From assembly GCA_050084515.1 (NCBI GenBank), contig CM114271.1, positions 20,212,001-20,276,000 on the forward strand: DNA of 64,000 nt, written 5' to 3'. Origin of the DNA: Blasia pusilla. Taxonomy: Eukaryota. Position 1 is the first letter of the stretch. Every line of letters starts with the position of its first letter. Both the position numbers and the translations under genes were made by a program. Of the stretch, positions 40,013-56,824 are shown one piece after another. The notes beneath the pieces were generated by a model. The model had not been told where the DNA came from. It did not search any database and was given only the letters and a program-made list of their open reading frames with translations.

Positions 40013-41546
40013 TATAATGTACAACTCAAGGAAAAAGATACCCTTTCTATCGAAAAGTATTAAGTTCGTTCCCAAGAGACCACTAATTTCCTGAGTAAAG
40101 AGAGGCTTTATAAGAAATAACAAGAATAACTTCTATCTTCACTTAAAAGGGTTCACTAACTCTAACAACTCTAACTTCACAAAGGTAAGGAAAAGATAAG
40201 ATGGTCTTCTTTCCTCATAGAAAAGACTCTTCTCAAGTGTAGAGAAAGACTCTTGTGAATCTACAGTAACCAAGCTCCACGAAGACCTCAAAGAGACCTC
40301 AAGAATGGCGGCTCACCCTACTTTCAGAACTAAATCTGTCATGGCAGGCTACTCACTGTCTAACAACTTTCCTATGCTTTTTCTTGATTATCTTCTGGAA
40401 TTCCGAAACTACAAGACTCAACTCTCATCTCTAATGCAGCCCAATAAGATCCACATTCAGTTCCACACCTCCGAGAGAATGAGAGAAGACTCTTCTTCTA
40501 CATCAAAGAGTGGAAAGTACTTAGAAGTAGTAAAAGCTTTTGAAAGTAAAAGACTCTTCAGCTTGGATCATCCCCCAACAAAACTCCTTACACTCTCATC
40601 AAGACTGCTAGTAAACTCAAGATAGACAGAACAGTATTGAGGAGTTCAAGATACAAGGGAAATCGATGATCCCTTCTTCTACTAATTGCTCTTTAAATAG
40701 TATTTATAGTTCCGATTGGTCTTTCTGCTCTAATCTAGATTTCTAACTGCTAATCCTAACCTACTCTATTCTGATTCTCTAACCCTCCATCTTCCTAAGA
40801 CGGTTGGTTGCCTTGGCGATTCATTTCCGCTCCCTCTTAAACAACTGTAACTGACGCAACTCTCCCTTTTCTCGCTTCCAAAACCGCCGCAACAATTCAG
40901 TCTTCACAGTCTTCGTGCTCTTCGTCGTTCTTTGCAAAAGACTCTTCCTAGTCTTTGTAGTCTTTCTCTTTCCTCTCCTATCTTCGCGCAAAGACTCTTA
41001 TCCTTCTGCCCCCGCGAAGAGTCCTTACTTCAGCTTTCTCCCAGGGATTCTTTATCTTTCTATCCCTCTTCTTAATATTCCTGTCCACTTTTGTGAAGAC
41101 TCTTTGACCTCTTTTGCTTCTTCCTCTTCCTTCTTTGAGTTCTTAGTCTTTGCTCTGGAGTCTTCGTCCTTCTTTTCCAGTCTTCGTACAGAGACTATTT
41201 TCCATCTTCTTTACAAAGAAGCTTTCCCTTAGTCTTTGTGGACAGTCCTTTACACTATTCTTTCTGTGGTCTCCCTTGCAAAGCACCCACGTTTCCTCTT
41301 CTAACTTCTTTTCCTATCTTTTCCTACTTTTATACAATTCTCACTCTTCCAAGATAGTCCTTAATCTTCTACCATTTCTTGTCTTCTCATCAGAGTTCCG
41401 TCCATTGCTCCTCTCACAAAATTGCAGTAAAGGAAGACTCTTTACTTCCAACAATGAGTCCTTAATCTTCACTTTATAAAGACTTGATTATAATCCACTA
41501 CAAAAACATCAAAATTTCAAAATTCTCATAAGAGTGGGTTATCACA
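40013..41546 (-). mobile_element. Solo LTR (~1.53 kb) with 5-bp TSD CTACC
   Basis: ctacc at 40008-40012 and 41547-41551; ends tataat (decayed tgtaat) ... atcaca. Excision restores the Helitron frame (MVKSKN...IKQAV|ASRIQSY...MQCCGYCG, with one TAG). Orientation is tentative. Confidence 0.85.
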
Positions 41547-41793
41547 CTACCGCTTGTTTAATATTGGTTAGGGCCTCATTTGGAACTGAGTTTCTCGCAT
41601 TCTTACTTTTGACCATGTTGTTCATGTTCAAGAAGATTATATGTAGTTAATTTTCAGTCAAGAAGGAGTAAAACAAGTTTCAGTAGTAAAGTTTAACCTT
41701 CTGAACTCCTTGGTTTGGTTGATAGATGGAAAAACGTTCGGCACAGGAGAAATTTTAACAGAAAGTCAAAGAGCTCATGTAGAGTAGAAACGT

Positions 41794-45204
<3,411 letters not shown>

Positions 45205-47751
45205 TGGTGGTGTGTGAAAGCTGTATCCCATAAATTATGCTTGTTTAGTAATTTTCTAGAGGATCCAAGAGCCAAGTCAAGGGCAAGAAGTAAGAAATAC
45301 GGGAGTAGTTAAGATGGGCAAGACGCCAAACCAGGAGTCAAGACAAGCGTCAGCCATGAGATACAAGAAGAAGTTCAAAGATGCGTTCGGGGAGCGTGGA
45401 CACTCTCCCTCCCTACGTGCTCAAATCCTTGAACAAGGACCTAAATATAATGCGTGTTTGATTATGTTTCAGGTTTGAGCTAAGGGACCTTGAGGGATTA
45501 ACAAAAGACGCTCCAATGTAGACTTGGGGAGACTGGTCGAGGCTTGGGGAAGAGGATTCCAAGGGAGACAATACACACTTGGGGAAGGCTTGACCCGATT
45601 AGCGCTTGATAATTTCTCGGCTACTTACGAAAGGGATAATTGGTTGAGTCTTCGGGGATTCAACCCGAGTCTTTCGCTTGCAAAGTTCAAGATGGGGAGG
45701 GCTTCGGCGCAAAGCTAGGAAACGTAGAGGTTAGATTCTACAATGTTGCTCCATGGTTTTATTTCTCCCCTAATTGTTATGCTCACTGCATCCCTCCTAC
45801 ATCGTGAAAAGAACCCAATTACATTTAGCGAGCAGGGCCAATGCATGTGAAAAGACTCTTTTTTTATTTCAGCATTGTCTTAGGAAGGAGATAGCAATGT
45901 GCTTAAGGTCGACGATTCGTGTCAAGATGGCAACATATTTGTGAATTGAAAGAAATGTTTCAAAAAGTAATTTGGAGATCGAAAAACTTTCATGCAAGTG
46001 CCAATTTGGGAAAGTGTTACAAGGCTACCAGATCAAACCTTGGATCCCTAAATCCTTTGGTAGCACATCCCCAAGTTGTCCCTCCATCTTGGCGTCAATC
46101 TAACAACTACAATGATGACACATAAGCTCTTCCATGATGTGGATACCTTGCATGGCCTCTATTCTTTGAAACAACATGCCCCCACAAGATTTAAAACCGA
46201 ATTTATAGTATGAAGGACCATGCTAAGACATTATTTCTCTAAAATATCGGACGCGAAAACCTCACCCTCATGATGGCTGAAGTTTCTTCATTGAAATTGT
46301 GCCCATAGAATTGAATCACCTCAATTTTTAAAACTTGATGTGTAGGATAAGTGTAAGCGAAATGTAATAATGGTTGCTCAATTCCAAGAACGTTGGAAGA
46401 ATGTTGGATGCTAGGTTCCAATTAAGTTTCATGGTAATGTAGGGAAATACAAACAACTCTAGCATATTTCAGAGTGGACTTTGATTGAGTGAATGATCTC
46501 ACTACATAATCTCTCATGTTTCCACACCATCAACGGGTCCACCCATGCTTTGGGGATTGAAGGGTCCCCAACTCAAGAGAATGGCCCGACACTCACTCTG
46601 GCACCCTTTCACTGCCAAGAAACAAAATATATAGAATTCTCTCTCTCCTCACCCAAAAGGATATGTCTTGAACTTCAAAAATGGATTTACCCCTGAAGGT
46701 GTTAAACAGGCTCATATACACATCCATTTAGGTCGTTGCATTGAAGATAACTCTAACTGACAGGTTCAAAACCATTGGCATACCAAAATTGACAACCACT
46801 CAAAGACAAGGCAAGCAGAATTATGGGACACCTGGCAACAAATTGAAGTTTCACATCCAGACAACAAAATATAGTACAATAGATGTGATGGTAAGTTCAG
46901 TGTTATCAGCCTCATAACACTGTACATTCAACCGATAACCGCTCACAAATAAGTGGGTTGTAAATTGGCTCTGGTTTCTGTGAAGGTCTTGTGGCCAAGG
47001 TAAACTTGAGGTGAGAGAAGTTAAGAGTTATCTCTATGAATGAGAAACACAACCCAATGAGAAACACAACCCAATGAGAAACTCCGATGCAGAACAAAAA
47101 TCAGATCTGTGGCACAATAGAGCTTTTTTTCACATTCCTGTCACACTGTGGCCACCACCTGTCCCAAGTAGAATCAACCAGATGTTAGAGTCTTTATTAT
47201 ACTCGTCCAAACATGGTGTCGGGATCCAGTTAGGCCCATCAGTGTGAAATGGCATCAAAGTTGGGTAGTTCTCCAAGCATGTACAAGTTCAACCATGGCT
47301 ACAACTGCCTGCTTCTCAGTTGGTGAGTTTCATGGCTGCCCTGTTGTGTCCCTTAAGTTACAGGTGAAGAGAAACACCTGGCAGTGACTAATGCCTACAC
47401 ACGCTTTTAAAGCATTCCCCAGATTCAACAGACAATCCCAAGGCATTATGATATACGACCCTTACTTCCTGATGCCTCAACCTCTTGAATCTATTCTAAA
47501 AAGTGAGTAGTTATATTTTCACAATCTATCGTTCCCCTCTTATTTACAACTTCAGACTTGGGAGGTTTAGATGATAGCCCGTCCTGTTCTCCTATGTGCA
47601 AATATCCTAGGAAAAGGAGAGGCTCATCCATCTCCTCAGGTAGGCCTAAACTTGGTGCCTTGAATACGACACCCTTTGATTATGGTTGGACAACCACATC
47701 TTTCCACAGCTAGAAAATCGTCTATATGTATACTTTGGTGCTGGATGAGCC

Positions 47752-50700
47752 TTAACCAAGGATCTCAAAATCTGAGAAAGGAGAACCTGGGTCCTTCCAT
47801 TCTCCCCACTCTTCATCAGAAGCACTACACTTCTCAGGTATTGGCACAGTTAGATCACCAGGAGGATACGGGCGAGGCTCTTTCAAAAGATACTCATCCT
47901 TTAGACTCTCTTCAGGAGTTGGCCTTTGCATGGGATCATATGTAAGAAGCTTTTGTAGAAACTGCAAGGAGTTTTCTGTTAAGTTCAGGAGATAGTTCCT
48001 GAGAGTCAGAGGAGACCGATCGTCCACAAAACAAATCTTGTTGTAATCAGGTAGGAGTGACACACCTGGCCAATCACTCTCACTTGGTGAACCCAATATT
48101 CTTACCAGACGGCTTAGTTGATCTATATCATTAATACCAGGAAAAAGTGGTTTCCCCCACAACAGTTCACCAAATATACAACCAACCGACCACACATCTA
48201 TCTCGGTTCCATATTTTGTGGCTCCATAGAGCAGCTCAGGTGCCTTATACCATCTTGTCCCTACCATAGTAGTAAAATCAGATCCATCCTCTGTTCCATC
48301 GTCACACCGGTCACTGAAGTCCTGTGAAAATCCACCGTTTCTGTTATAAGCCCCACCTTCTGAACCATCTTCCCATTCTTCCTGATTTGCAGAACCGACC
48401 CTTCTAGAATCACCAGTTCCTTTTCCACCTGAAGTATCTGCTTTTCTTGCTTCCATGTATGAATATCGAAACTGTGGGGCACCAAACCACCGAGTACCTT
48501 CAGCATCAGATAGTGAGGTGTCATGTTCCTCCATCTGTTCCCAAGAAGTGCCAACATCTCTATCAGCTGAAAGATTTCCAAGGTTCCCATCCAATCTTTC
48601 CTGCCGCATCTCCCTTACACAGCTGGCTTGCCCTTCACATCTTTTGTCCATTTTGTCAGTTTCAAACTTACTTGTTCTATTCTGTGGGAAGCTGGGGCGT
48701 TCTTCATCATCTGCAGGTGAACAAGTAGTATTGTGAGTTCCCCAGCCTTTGCCGACATCCCACAGGAAGTTATTGAACTTTTCTTTCTTGTTGCTCTTTC
48801 CTGAACCATCTTTCAATTCTCTCTTTGACTTCTCTTTTGATACAAAAATCTGATTTCCATGACTGATCTCCGAAGAAGAATCAATCTTTTCAACAAGACT
48901 ATTTGCATGCTGGTAGGCATCATTACCGGATAATTCCTTAATTGCCGAAAATTCATGACCACTGGCATTAGCCATTTCCCTCAGTGGCCCATTCAGCACC
49001 ACTCTATTTCCTGCCTTTCCTCCAATTCCTGATTCCTGCACAACTTTCTCCAGTTTCACATCCCTGTGCGTACCCTGGGCTTTGTCCTCAGCACTAAAAT
49101 CCTTGTCCACTTTGACAACACCACCACTCTGTGAACTCAGTATTCCCTGTTTCCCCAATCTACCATCTGGGAGACCTGCCACAGCCGATAAGCCATTCAT
49201 GTTCTCAGAAGTTTCCCTCTCAGCAGAGCAAGAGCCCTGATAGAGAGGGCTCCAAGATCCTCCTTCACATATTCCATGTGTTGCAGCCGATTCTTCAGGT
49301 AAGACCCTTGTATGTGAGGGTGAATGAAACAAAAAGTCCCTTGACGTTTCCTTGCAGATGTTCCTTCCATCCATTTGAATCTTGTCTGCAATACCAACAG
49401 GATTGTCATGAAGCACCATTTTTTCTTCCGCACTCAGTCGGTTTGTTCGCTTCCTCAAGAATCGCTGCAACTTGCGAAGAATATCATGTTCTCCCTTACC
49501 AGAAGGGACTTCCGTACTGTAGATCTCCATGTTGTCCTTGGTGACAATCCAGTCATTTTGAATTCCGTATTGCTTCTTCCAATTACCTTCACTCTCACCA
49601 GAGCTGGAATCATTTCCTTGCTCCGTCAGACAAACCTTGTCACTTCCATCAGAGACCTTTTGAACTGCACTTTCAACTCCACCTAGTACTGATAGTGACA
49701 TTTTCATGCTTCCACGGCCCTCCGCATTTTCCAAACAAAACCACCCACAGCAGCTAGGATCTTGACCCTCCCATCCCTTAGTCTGATTTCTGCCAACACC
49801 TGGTACTCCCAATCCATCTAATCCTGTTCCATTCCTTACCATTTCTTCCACCCCGACAGAGCTTGTAAACTCATCAGCAGTACCTGCTATTGGGCATTGA
49901 TCAGAAATATTTAGTGGAACAGAATATTTATCACTGCCTTGTTGCTTCTCAAAGTTCCTCTGCCCACATTCACGTCTGCCAAAATTTGTGTACTGCGACA
50001 GATGCTCCGGTTCATTGAAGATTAATACAGCTCCTTCACCACGAGTACCATGATTTTCCATTCGGTAAAGGCCACCAGAAGCTGCTGAAATCTCATCTTT
50101 CAGCTGCACATCCTCCGCATCGCTGCATGCAACCCCACCTATTTTGGGTTCGGATAACGGAATACTACCTCGACAAATTGGTAATATTCTTGGACTGCAA
50201 ATCTCTGTTACGTTGTGGACTTGACTTGCTGCCACATCCTCATCTGCTACCTCTGATTCATAGACATCTTCTTCATTCACATTGAGATCTTTCCTCAGCA
50301 CTCGTGCCTGCCCGAAATCTGCAATCTTGAGAGTACCATCCTTGGCAATCAAAAGATTGGTTGGCTTTATATCTCTGTGGACAATAGCCGCAGCATGACA
50401 TGCAGCTAGCCCCTGCAATATCTGAACTGTCCAACCTTTAACTTCCCCTTCTGAGAGTTCTCCTTTGCTAGCTCGTACTACTTCATATAAATTAGAGGGC
50501 AGGTATTCCAAGACCAGCACCATATTACTCCCTTGCACAAAGTACTCATACAGTTTCACAACATTGGGGTGATCCAGGAGCAACAGAGCCTTCACTTCTC
50601 GATATGAACTATCTGAGTCGTGAATTTCCTTCAAGGCTACGATGGTGTTATCTTCCCGTCTTCTTGCCCTGTAAACTTCCCCAAACGTTCCTTCTCCGAT

Positions 50701-50787
50701 CCTTTCAAGAATCTCATATCGTGACACAATCTCTTTGTTTCCATGTAAGCTCCAGGTGTCAGCGAAGGGCCAATCTTCAAAAGCCAT
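47752..50787 (-). CDS. CDKF;1: Cyclin-dependent kinase F;1 (plant CDK-activating kinase), 1011 aa, single coding exon
   Basis: WSLHGNKEIVSRYEILERIGEGTFGEVY, VALKEIHD..SSYRE, HRDIKPTNLL, DFGQAR, long insert, FTTMVGTRWYKAPELLYG, GINDIDQL, WPGVSLLPDY. The insert between subdomains VII and VIII is typical of CDKF. First ATG is at 50787; the track starts at an upstream TTG. Confidence 0.92.
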   Translation of the reverse strand: MAFEDWPFADTWSLHGNKEIVSRYEILERIGEGTFGEVYRARRREDNTIVALKEIHDSDSSYREVKALLLLDHPNVVKLYEYFVQGSNMVLVLEYLPSNLYEVVRASKGELSEGEVKGWTVQILQGLAACHAAAIVHRDIKPTNLLIAKDGTLKIADFGQARVLRKDLNVNEEDVYESEVADEDVAASQVHNVTEICSPRILPICRGSIPLSEPKIGGVACSDAEDVQLKDEISAASGGLYRMENHGTRGEGAVLIFNEPEHLSQYTNFGRRECGQRNFEKQQGSDKYSVPLNISDQCPIAGTADEFTSSVGVEEMVRNGTGLDGLGVPGVGRNQTKGWEGQDPSCCGWFCLENAEGRGSMKMSLSVLGGVESAVQKVSDGSDKVCLTEQGNDSSSGESEGNWKKQYGIQNDWIVTKDNMEIYSTEVPSGKGEHDILRKLQRFLRKRTNRLSAEEKMVLHDNPVGIADKIQMDGRNICKETSRDFLFHSPSHTRVLPEESAATHGICEGGSWSPLYQGSCSAERETSENMNGLSAVAGLPDGRLGKQGILSSQSGGVVKVDKDFSAEDKAQGTHRDVKLEKVVQESGIGGKAGNRVVLNGPLREMANASGHEFSAIKELSGNDAYQHANSLVEKIDSSSEISHGNQIFVSKEKSKRELKDGSGKSNKKEKFNNFLWDVGKGWGTHNTTCSPADDEERPSFPQNRTSKFETDKMDKRCEGQASCVREMRQERLDGNLGNLSADRDVGTSWEQMEEHDTSLSDAEGTRWFGAPQFRYSYMEARKADTSGGKGTGDSRRVGSANQEEWEDGSEGGAYNRNGGFSQDFSDRCDDGTEDGSDFTTMVGTRWYKAPELLYGATKYGTEIDVWSVGCIFGELLWGKPLFPGINDIDQLSRLVRILGSPSESDWPGVSLLPDYNKICFVDDRSPLTLRNYLLNLTENSLQFLQKLLTYDPMQRPTPEESLKDEYLLKEPRPYPPGDLTVPIPEKCSASDEEWGEWKDPGSPFSDFEILG

Positions 50788-53574
50788 TTCTAACTCCAAT
50801 GACTAACTCGCCCACGAATCAACTTTTACGCAGAGCATGACTTGGATGAAGGGTGCGCGTGCTATTGACGCAAGCTGAAAAACAAAGAAGGGAAAGCTTC
50901 AGATTCTGATAAGTATACTACAAAACGTCATTGGGTATGGCATTTGACGACTCTATACCTGAGTAGTCTTCTACACGCAGACCATAAAATAGCTTTCTCA
51001 TTCAATAAGAAGCCATCCCCTCTTCATACAATATTTACTAGACAGCTGTTGGAAATTGACTGGCATTCGTGTCGCACGACTGAACAGCAAGGCTACCCAT
51101 CACGAAATGCTATGAATCCAGCATAAATTGGGGTTCCATCCGACGTTTCTGATCAATGCGGGCTCAAAGGCTGGCAATCCACGGAATCTCATCATTTGGC
51201 AGCCTGATGTAGAGGATACGACGTTCGCGACGGAATTAAGACGGAATACACTCAAGATCTTTCGCATTTTCTACGTCCAACGTCCCTCAGGATGCTGACC
51301 TGACACAGAATCAAAGAGAGTACCTTGATGCTCCACATCCACATGTTTCTCTCTCGCCTAGATGAAATGAGATTTCGAATTCGACCCGTTATCGCTGAAC
51401 ATCCGTTACATCGAATCAAATTACTCGATGCTTCGAAATCGGGCTCCACAGATCATTACATGCGCGAGGAGAAGTCCATGACTACATCCCCTTTCTTACG
51501 CCCAAAATATTCCCGCATAAGTAAAGGACACTCACTTCTCAATAACAGAAAGAAAAGAATCCCACAGAACCATACCTGTCTTCACATTATCATCGAACCA
51601 CATAGCGTGGAAACGCTGAGAGTCATCTGATCGCCGCATGCTCGCTCTTACGCGCGGTATTCTTCACCAAAAACCTAAACGACACAGAAAGCGAAGCCAC
51701 AAAATCAGAATTTCCTGCTCCTGAGGAGCCAATCACGAGTCACCCGATCGCTGACCTCACTGGCACAAAAGATCCGGCCCACATATGCGTAGTCAAGCTC
51801 TCATCACCCGACCTAAAAAAAGCAAAGGACTCCTTCACCGCTTCAGACGATGCAGAGGAGTCAAGAGGCGCAATCATCAGTCTAGTCCGTTTAACAAAAC
51901 CAATCTCCCCTGCGCATTGAGAACATCGGATCACAATTCCCAGGCTCTGTTTGACGACTTACGAATTGCGGAAGCGGCCGGATCCGATCAGATCGCATGC
52001 AAGAAAATTGCAAACCTCTTTCGTGTCGAATATTTCACCCCCTCTCACATGAGCGAACTGACCCACGAAAGAAAACGCGAGACGAGAGGAGGAGGGGGAG
52101 AAGAGGGTGCTCCTTTTATGGGTTTTTTTTATATTATTATTATTATTATTTAGTATTGTTTTTAAATGTCTTTTTTCCTCTTTTTGAGAGTTTCCATTAA
52201 AAAAAAATTTTCTTTAAATACATGCTCTTTTTAAGAAGATGTTTTCACTCAAGGTTAAATGTGCTTTGTATTAGTAGAAGATAATTATGGAAAAAAATAG
52301 AAGTGCATCAAAACACTAGTGCAAACAAAACACCAAAAAGATTTTGTTGTAGCCCCATTATCTATACCATAAGGAGGGTTAATGTAAGTATGAAGATTAA
52401 AGGAAATTGTTTGCGGAGAGCTAATATAAGAAGTGAAGCACATGAAAAAACTGAAAGAAGCATGATCTTCACTATTCGATTGGAGCTGAGCTTGGCCATC
52501 CAGGTTAATTTTAGTAGGGAAGGGGGGAAAAGTATGTATGATGTAAGTCTGACGGTCATCATACGTTCCATTCCTGTGGCCAAAGTGGAACCTCTAAAAA
52601 GCGGGGGACATTTGCCCCACTAGTAGTGGAGGTTCCCCACCTTGAGCCCACCTTCCATACAAATGTACCCTCTAACTCTAGTCTTTGGCTTTTATCCACA
52701 AAAGGTGACTATGCCGTCAGCTAAGGTAACTTTTGGCAAGTAGTAATTGACGGTAAATACATACATGAAACCCATAGGATTTACTCTTCTTGGAGAACTC
52801 GAAGTGGATTACTGAAATTATTGAATTTCTTGGAGGAGTTGGAGGTGTGAAATTGAGGTTGTTGCTAAAACCACGTTTAAATTGTTGGGTAAATAAGGTG
52901 TGAAAAGTTGTTTTCATCCAAGTACTTTCCAATTACTATCATGTAAGATTCGATACATACACACAATTGTGTTGTTACTACTAATTGTTACTTGTTGCTT
53001 TTGGCTCCGGGATCAAAGTGTGAAAATCATGTGACTATGCATACAATATATGTTGTGCAAAAGTCACTTCCAATGCAAGTACGCCATTCTCTTTTGGAAA
53101 GTTGCCAAGTTTCCACACTCACTTTGTAGACCAACGGCCAATTACAAAAGAAAATCCGGAAGATATTAAGTAGGAAATATCAAATTCCTTCGGCAGACCA
53201 TTACCTTTGCTCAATCCACTAAGAAAAATTGAAGGCAATCCTAGCTGTTGCTACTAGCTTAGCTTTGCAATATCGGCATATGCTCTCTATGTGTGTGGTG
53301 TGAATGTTGGCAGGAGACCACAGGCAGAGTGGGCTAGAGTCATATCTAGGGCTAGGAGGACACTCCGTTCTGTACATGCACATCGGACAACAAGATGAAT
53401 GGACATCTTTGTCACTCTTAGGTTTGTGGTGGCTCCTGCAACCATGAATAACAACTTACTTTCAAGTCTCAGAGAGTTTTGAAATCGCTCAAAAATAGTA
53501 GGAAACGACAATGCTATCAAATCTTTGAACATTCAGCATAAACTAAGTAAGGAGCTCTAGACAAGAGTATGAGG

Positions 53575-55399
53575 CTGATCATTGTCCTCAACTAAAGAGC
53601 CCTGCAGTCAATGAGTACTTCTGAGTATGAGTCTCCCCTAGATCATAAACTGGAGCCTATGCTTTCCCAGCCCCCTAGCAATCATGCGCATAGGGAGTTG
53701 GGGAACATGATGATGAACAATTTCTTACTTGGTGTGTATTTTCGTGTCATAGCCTTGAGAGAGACTGAGAAAGAGAGATTGAGGATGAGTGAGAATTTGC
53801 GCTTCCTTACCTCGGATTACTTGGAATTCCCCCCTCCTTCTTCAACTGATACGTACAAATGAGAAATCACAACCTTCAGATCACAGGTGCTTAATGAAAT
53901 ATCCCCTCAAGTATGACTATCTATCAGTGGACCGCAGAGACGAGGATAGGGAGTCTGCTTGGAAAGAAATGCCCAGATCTCATAACACTTTCGAGAGGGA
54001 CATCAACTCGCACAGCAACGCTCACAGAACTCAAAATTGAAGCCTCAAACGTTGATATGATCCGGTTCTCATTTCATCTTGAGGAAATAATTTCATGCGC
54101 CCATATTGTTGGGAGGATTAGGTTTAGTGATGCAAGTTCAGCGCTATCATTGGAGAGAGAGAGTCAGGGACCTCGTAGGGAAATTGAAGGATGTGAGATG
54201 GAGTCAAGTTCAATTCACTTGACTAAGTCAGGTCATTGCTGAAGTACTTCTTACTTCACACTTATCAGTTTTTTGCTATGTCGCGCCTTTCAGCCAAAAG
54301 ATAGGGAGTATGATTGTGATTGAGTGCTTACTACTTCAAACCGCATTTCTTCAGCGGAGCAAATGGAAGTTGGCTGGGTCACAGAGATCTCAACAAGAAG
54401 CTGGCTTCTCCTACTTTCGGAACTCAATCCGTCTAGGCAAGCTACTCTCTGTCGAATAGATTTCTTACAACTCGGTGTTGATTATTCTATTGATGAAAAG
54501 GTTCTCCTGATTCGCTTTTCACTCTGCAGACCCAACGAGAATACTCACACATATGCATCACACATCAGAATGAAGAAATGAGTACTTTACTACTCCATCA
54601 AGAATGAGAAAGCTTCAAAAGTGTATACAAGCGTGAGAGGATACTACTCCCTTGCTCAGACCATTCCTACAGCATAAGGACTTTATGATAGAATGATGAG
54701 GATAGCTACTTTCATGCCTCTTAAATATTCTCCGAAGTAGGAGTGGTTTTAAGGATTTGAAGCGTTCTTGAGGAATATGGTGTCTCTTCAACATTTGTAA
54801 CTACCTAGATCTATGGTGCTCTTTTCTTTTCCTATGATCCCTGTGAATCCGATGAGTGTAACTGTACTAACTTCCTATTTGATACAAAAAGTCGTGCCTC
54901 TTCCTAGTCTAAATGTTCTAACGGTGTGCCTCTTGAAATCACTTTGAGTCTTAGCTTCGCTTTGCTGTGAAGTCTGGACCTCTTTTGCTTCCTTTGAGGA
55001 CGATGATCTTTCTCTTGATCTGAAGACGAAGCGCTCCATTGTTTGCTCTTATTCCAAGTGCTTCGTGCTTCGTTAAAGAGCGAAGTAATTCTTCCTCTTC
55101 TTCTTCATCATGCTTCCTTCAAGAGCGAAGCACTTCATAAAAAGATTCTTAATAAGGCTTTGTTGTCTTTTCCAAGTTTCGCTCTTAGTCTTTAGACTTC
55201 GTTACTGCATTTCCATCTCCTCTAAGGAAAATCCTTGATTATCTCCCTCTCTGCCTTGTCCTAGGAGCTTCGTGATTTCTTTCAATATTACTCATTCTTC
55301 TATTATACAAACATAATATCCAAAATCATTATGTATACACAAGTTTTTTTCAAATAGAAAGCTCTAAATCTTCAGAAGTACAAAATTGCGGGTATCAAA
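53575..55399 (-). mobile_element. Probable LTR or LTR-retrotransposon non-coding remnant
   Basis: Right end aaaattgcgggtatcaaa resembles the right end of the 40013-41546 LTR (gagtgggttatcaca) and the composition is similarly CTT/GA-rich. Left end and TSD are not resolved. Confidence 0.4.
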
Positions 55400-56824
55400 G
55401 GATGCCATTGTAATCCTTTTAGAAGGATTGCTACATATGAAGAAAACCCTCGTGGTGGGATGGCTATTGCACCTATTGACGAAGTAGTGGCTCCTATGAC
55501 TACGACTATAATTGATGACATCGATATTGAAGATAATATCAGGTATTACTATTTTTCATATTATTTCTTATTTCAAAACTCACTTTCTTACCTATGTTCT
55601 GTTAATTGACTTTGGTATTTTCTAGAATTTGGTTTCTTTTCTAGGTCTATGATAATTATATTGGATGTGCTTCCTCCTTTAACGACTATAATTATACCAT
55701 CTCCAATGTACTCTTCCAGACCATTAATTATTATCATATTTTATTCTTCCAAACTTATTTATTGATCTTTGTCCTTTTCAAGGATCCTTGTAAAAGATAT
55801 CACATCTTAATTTACCGATAGGTAGAGTTCTATTGCGTCAATGGCATAGCAAGTCAGCTAAATTTTGGATGTAGCTTCGTTATGAGGTGTCAAATGAAGT
55901 TGGCATCAGGTCCGTTGTGTCAGCAACGTCATTTTAGGAGATTTCCCTATTTTTGGTCTTTGTCAGTTGGTGACCTGCTAAGCAAGTTAGAGGCCAACCG
56001 GTAACTTGTGCACGCAAGTTACCGGTAGGTTGGCTATTTTTAGGGGAAGAGCCCTTTGGCTTTTCCCAAGGCTATATAAAGAGACAGATGGCTTTCCCAA
56101 GCCATCTTTCCCATGTTGGGTCGTTGGAGTACCTCTTTTGCTCTTATGTGAGTTATGAACCAGGATGCTAGCATCCGGATTCCCTAATAGCAGAGGGTGG
56201 ACAATGCTCGAAGCCGCTCAATATAACGATATAGATTTAGGAGTGGAGTTTTAGACCGAGTGAGCCATTTTTACTCTGATTTTTACATGAGAAAGATGCA
56301 AGGGGGCACGGGAATTTGTTGTTTGCAAGTAGGCAAGCGAGTTGCCTCAATGGGGAGCCCTTGGAGACGCTGGTTGACGTGTGTGTTGTCAATTTTTCAT
56401 TCGAAAGATCGTGAGCGGAAGCGATGTCCATTTTTCATAGATTTTGTTAGCGTAGATTGATGAGAGAGAGTAGTAGAGTGTAGCACAGAGTGTGGTAGCA
56501 AATGTAGAGTGTAGCGTGGTAGAATAAGCGGGAATGCTCTGAGTGTCAGGAAGGAGAGTCAGGTCTTGTAGCCACCGGGAGGGCTATCAAGTAAAGCCAC
56601 TAGGTCATGTGTAGCCTTTTTAGCTCGTTACTTAAAATCATAGGGATGTGAAGTTCTCAGGGCGGGAGGTCGAACAAGGCGTGTTGAGCAAAGGATCGAT
56701 CTTCTCCCATGATTGCAACAGAAGGGTTGTTCGGTATGATGTACGAACACCTTTGTGATTGCTTTCCTCTTGAGAACTTTGCTAGTGGCTTTTCCCAGTT
56801 CCTTGATGTTGTCTCTCACTTAGC

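Noticed and set aside
45205-46700. Possible transposon or gene fragments after the Copia LTR
   Set aside because: Some splice-like signals, but no recognisable motifs or boundaries.
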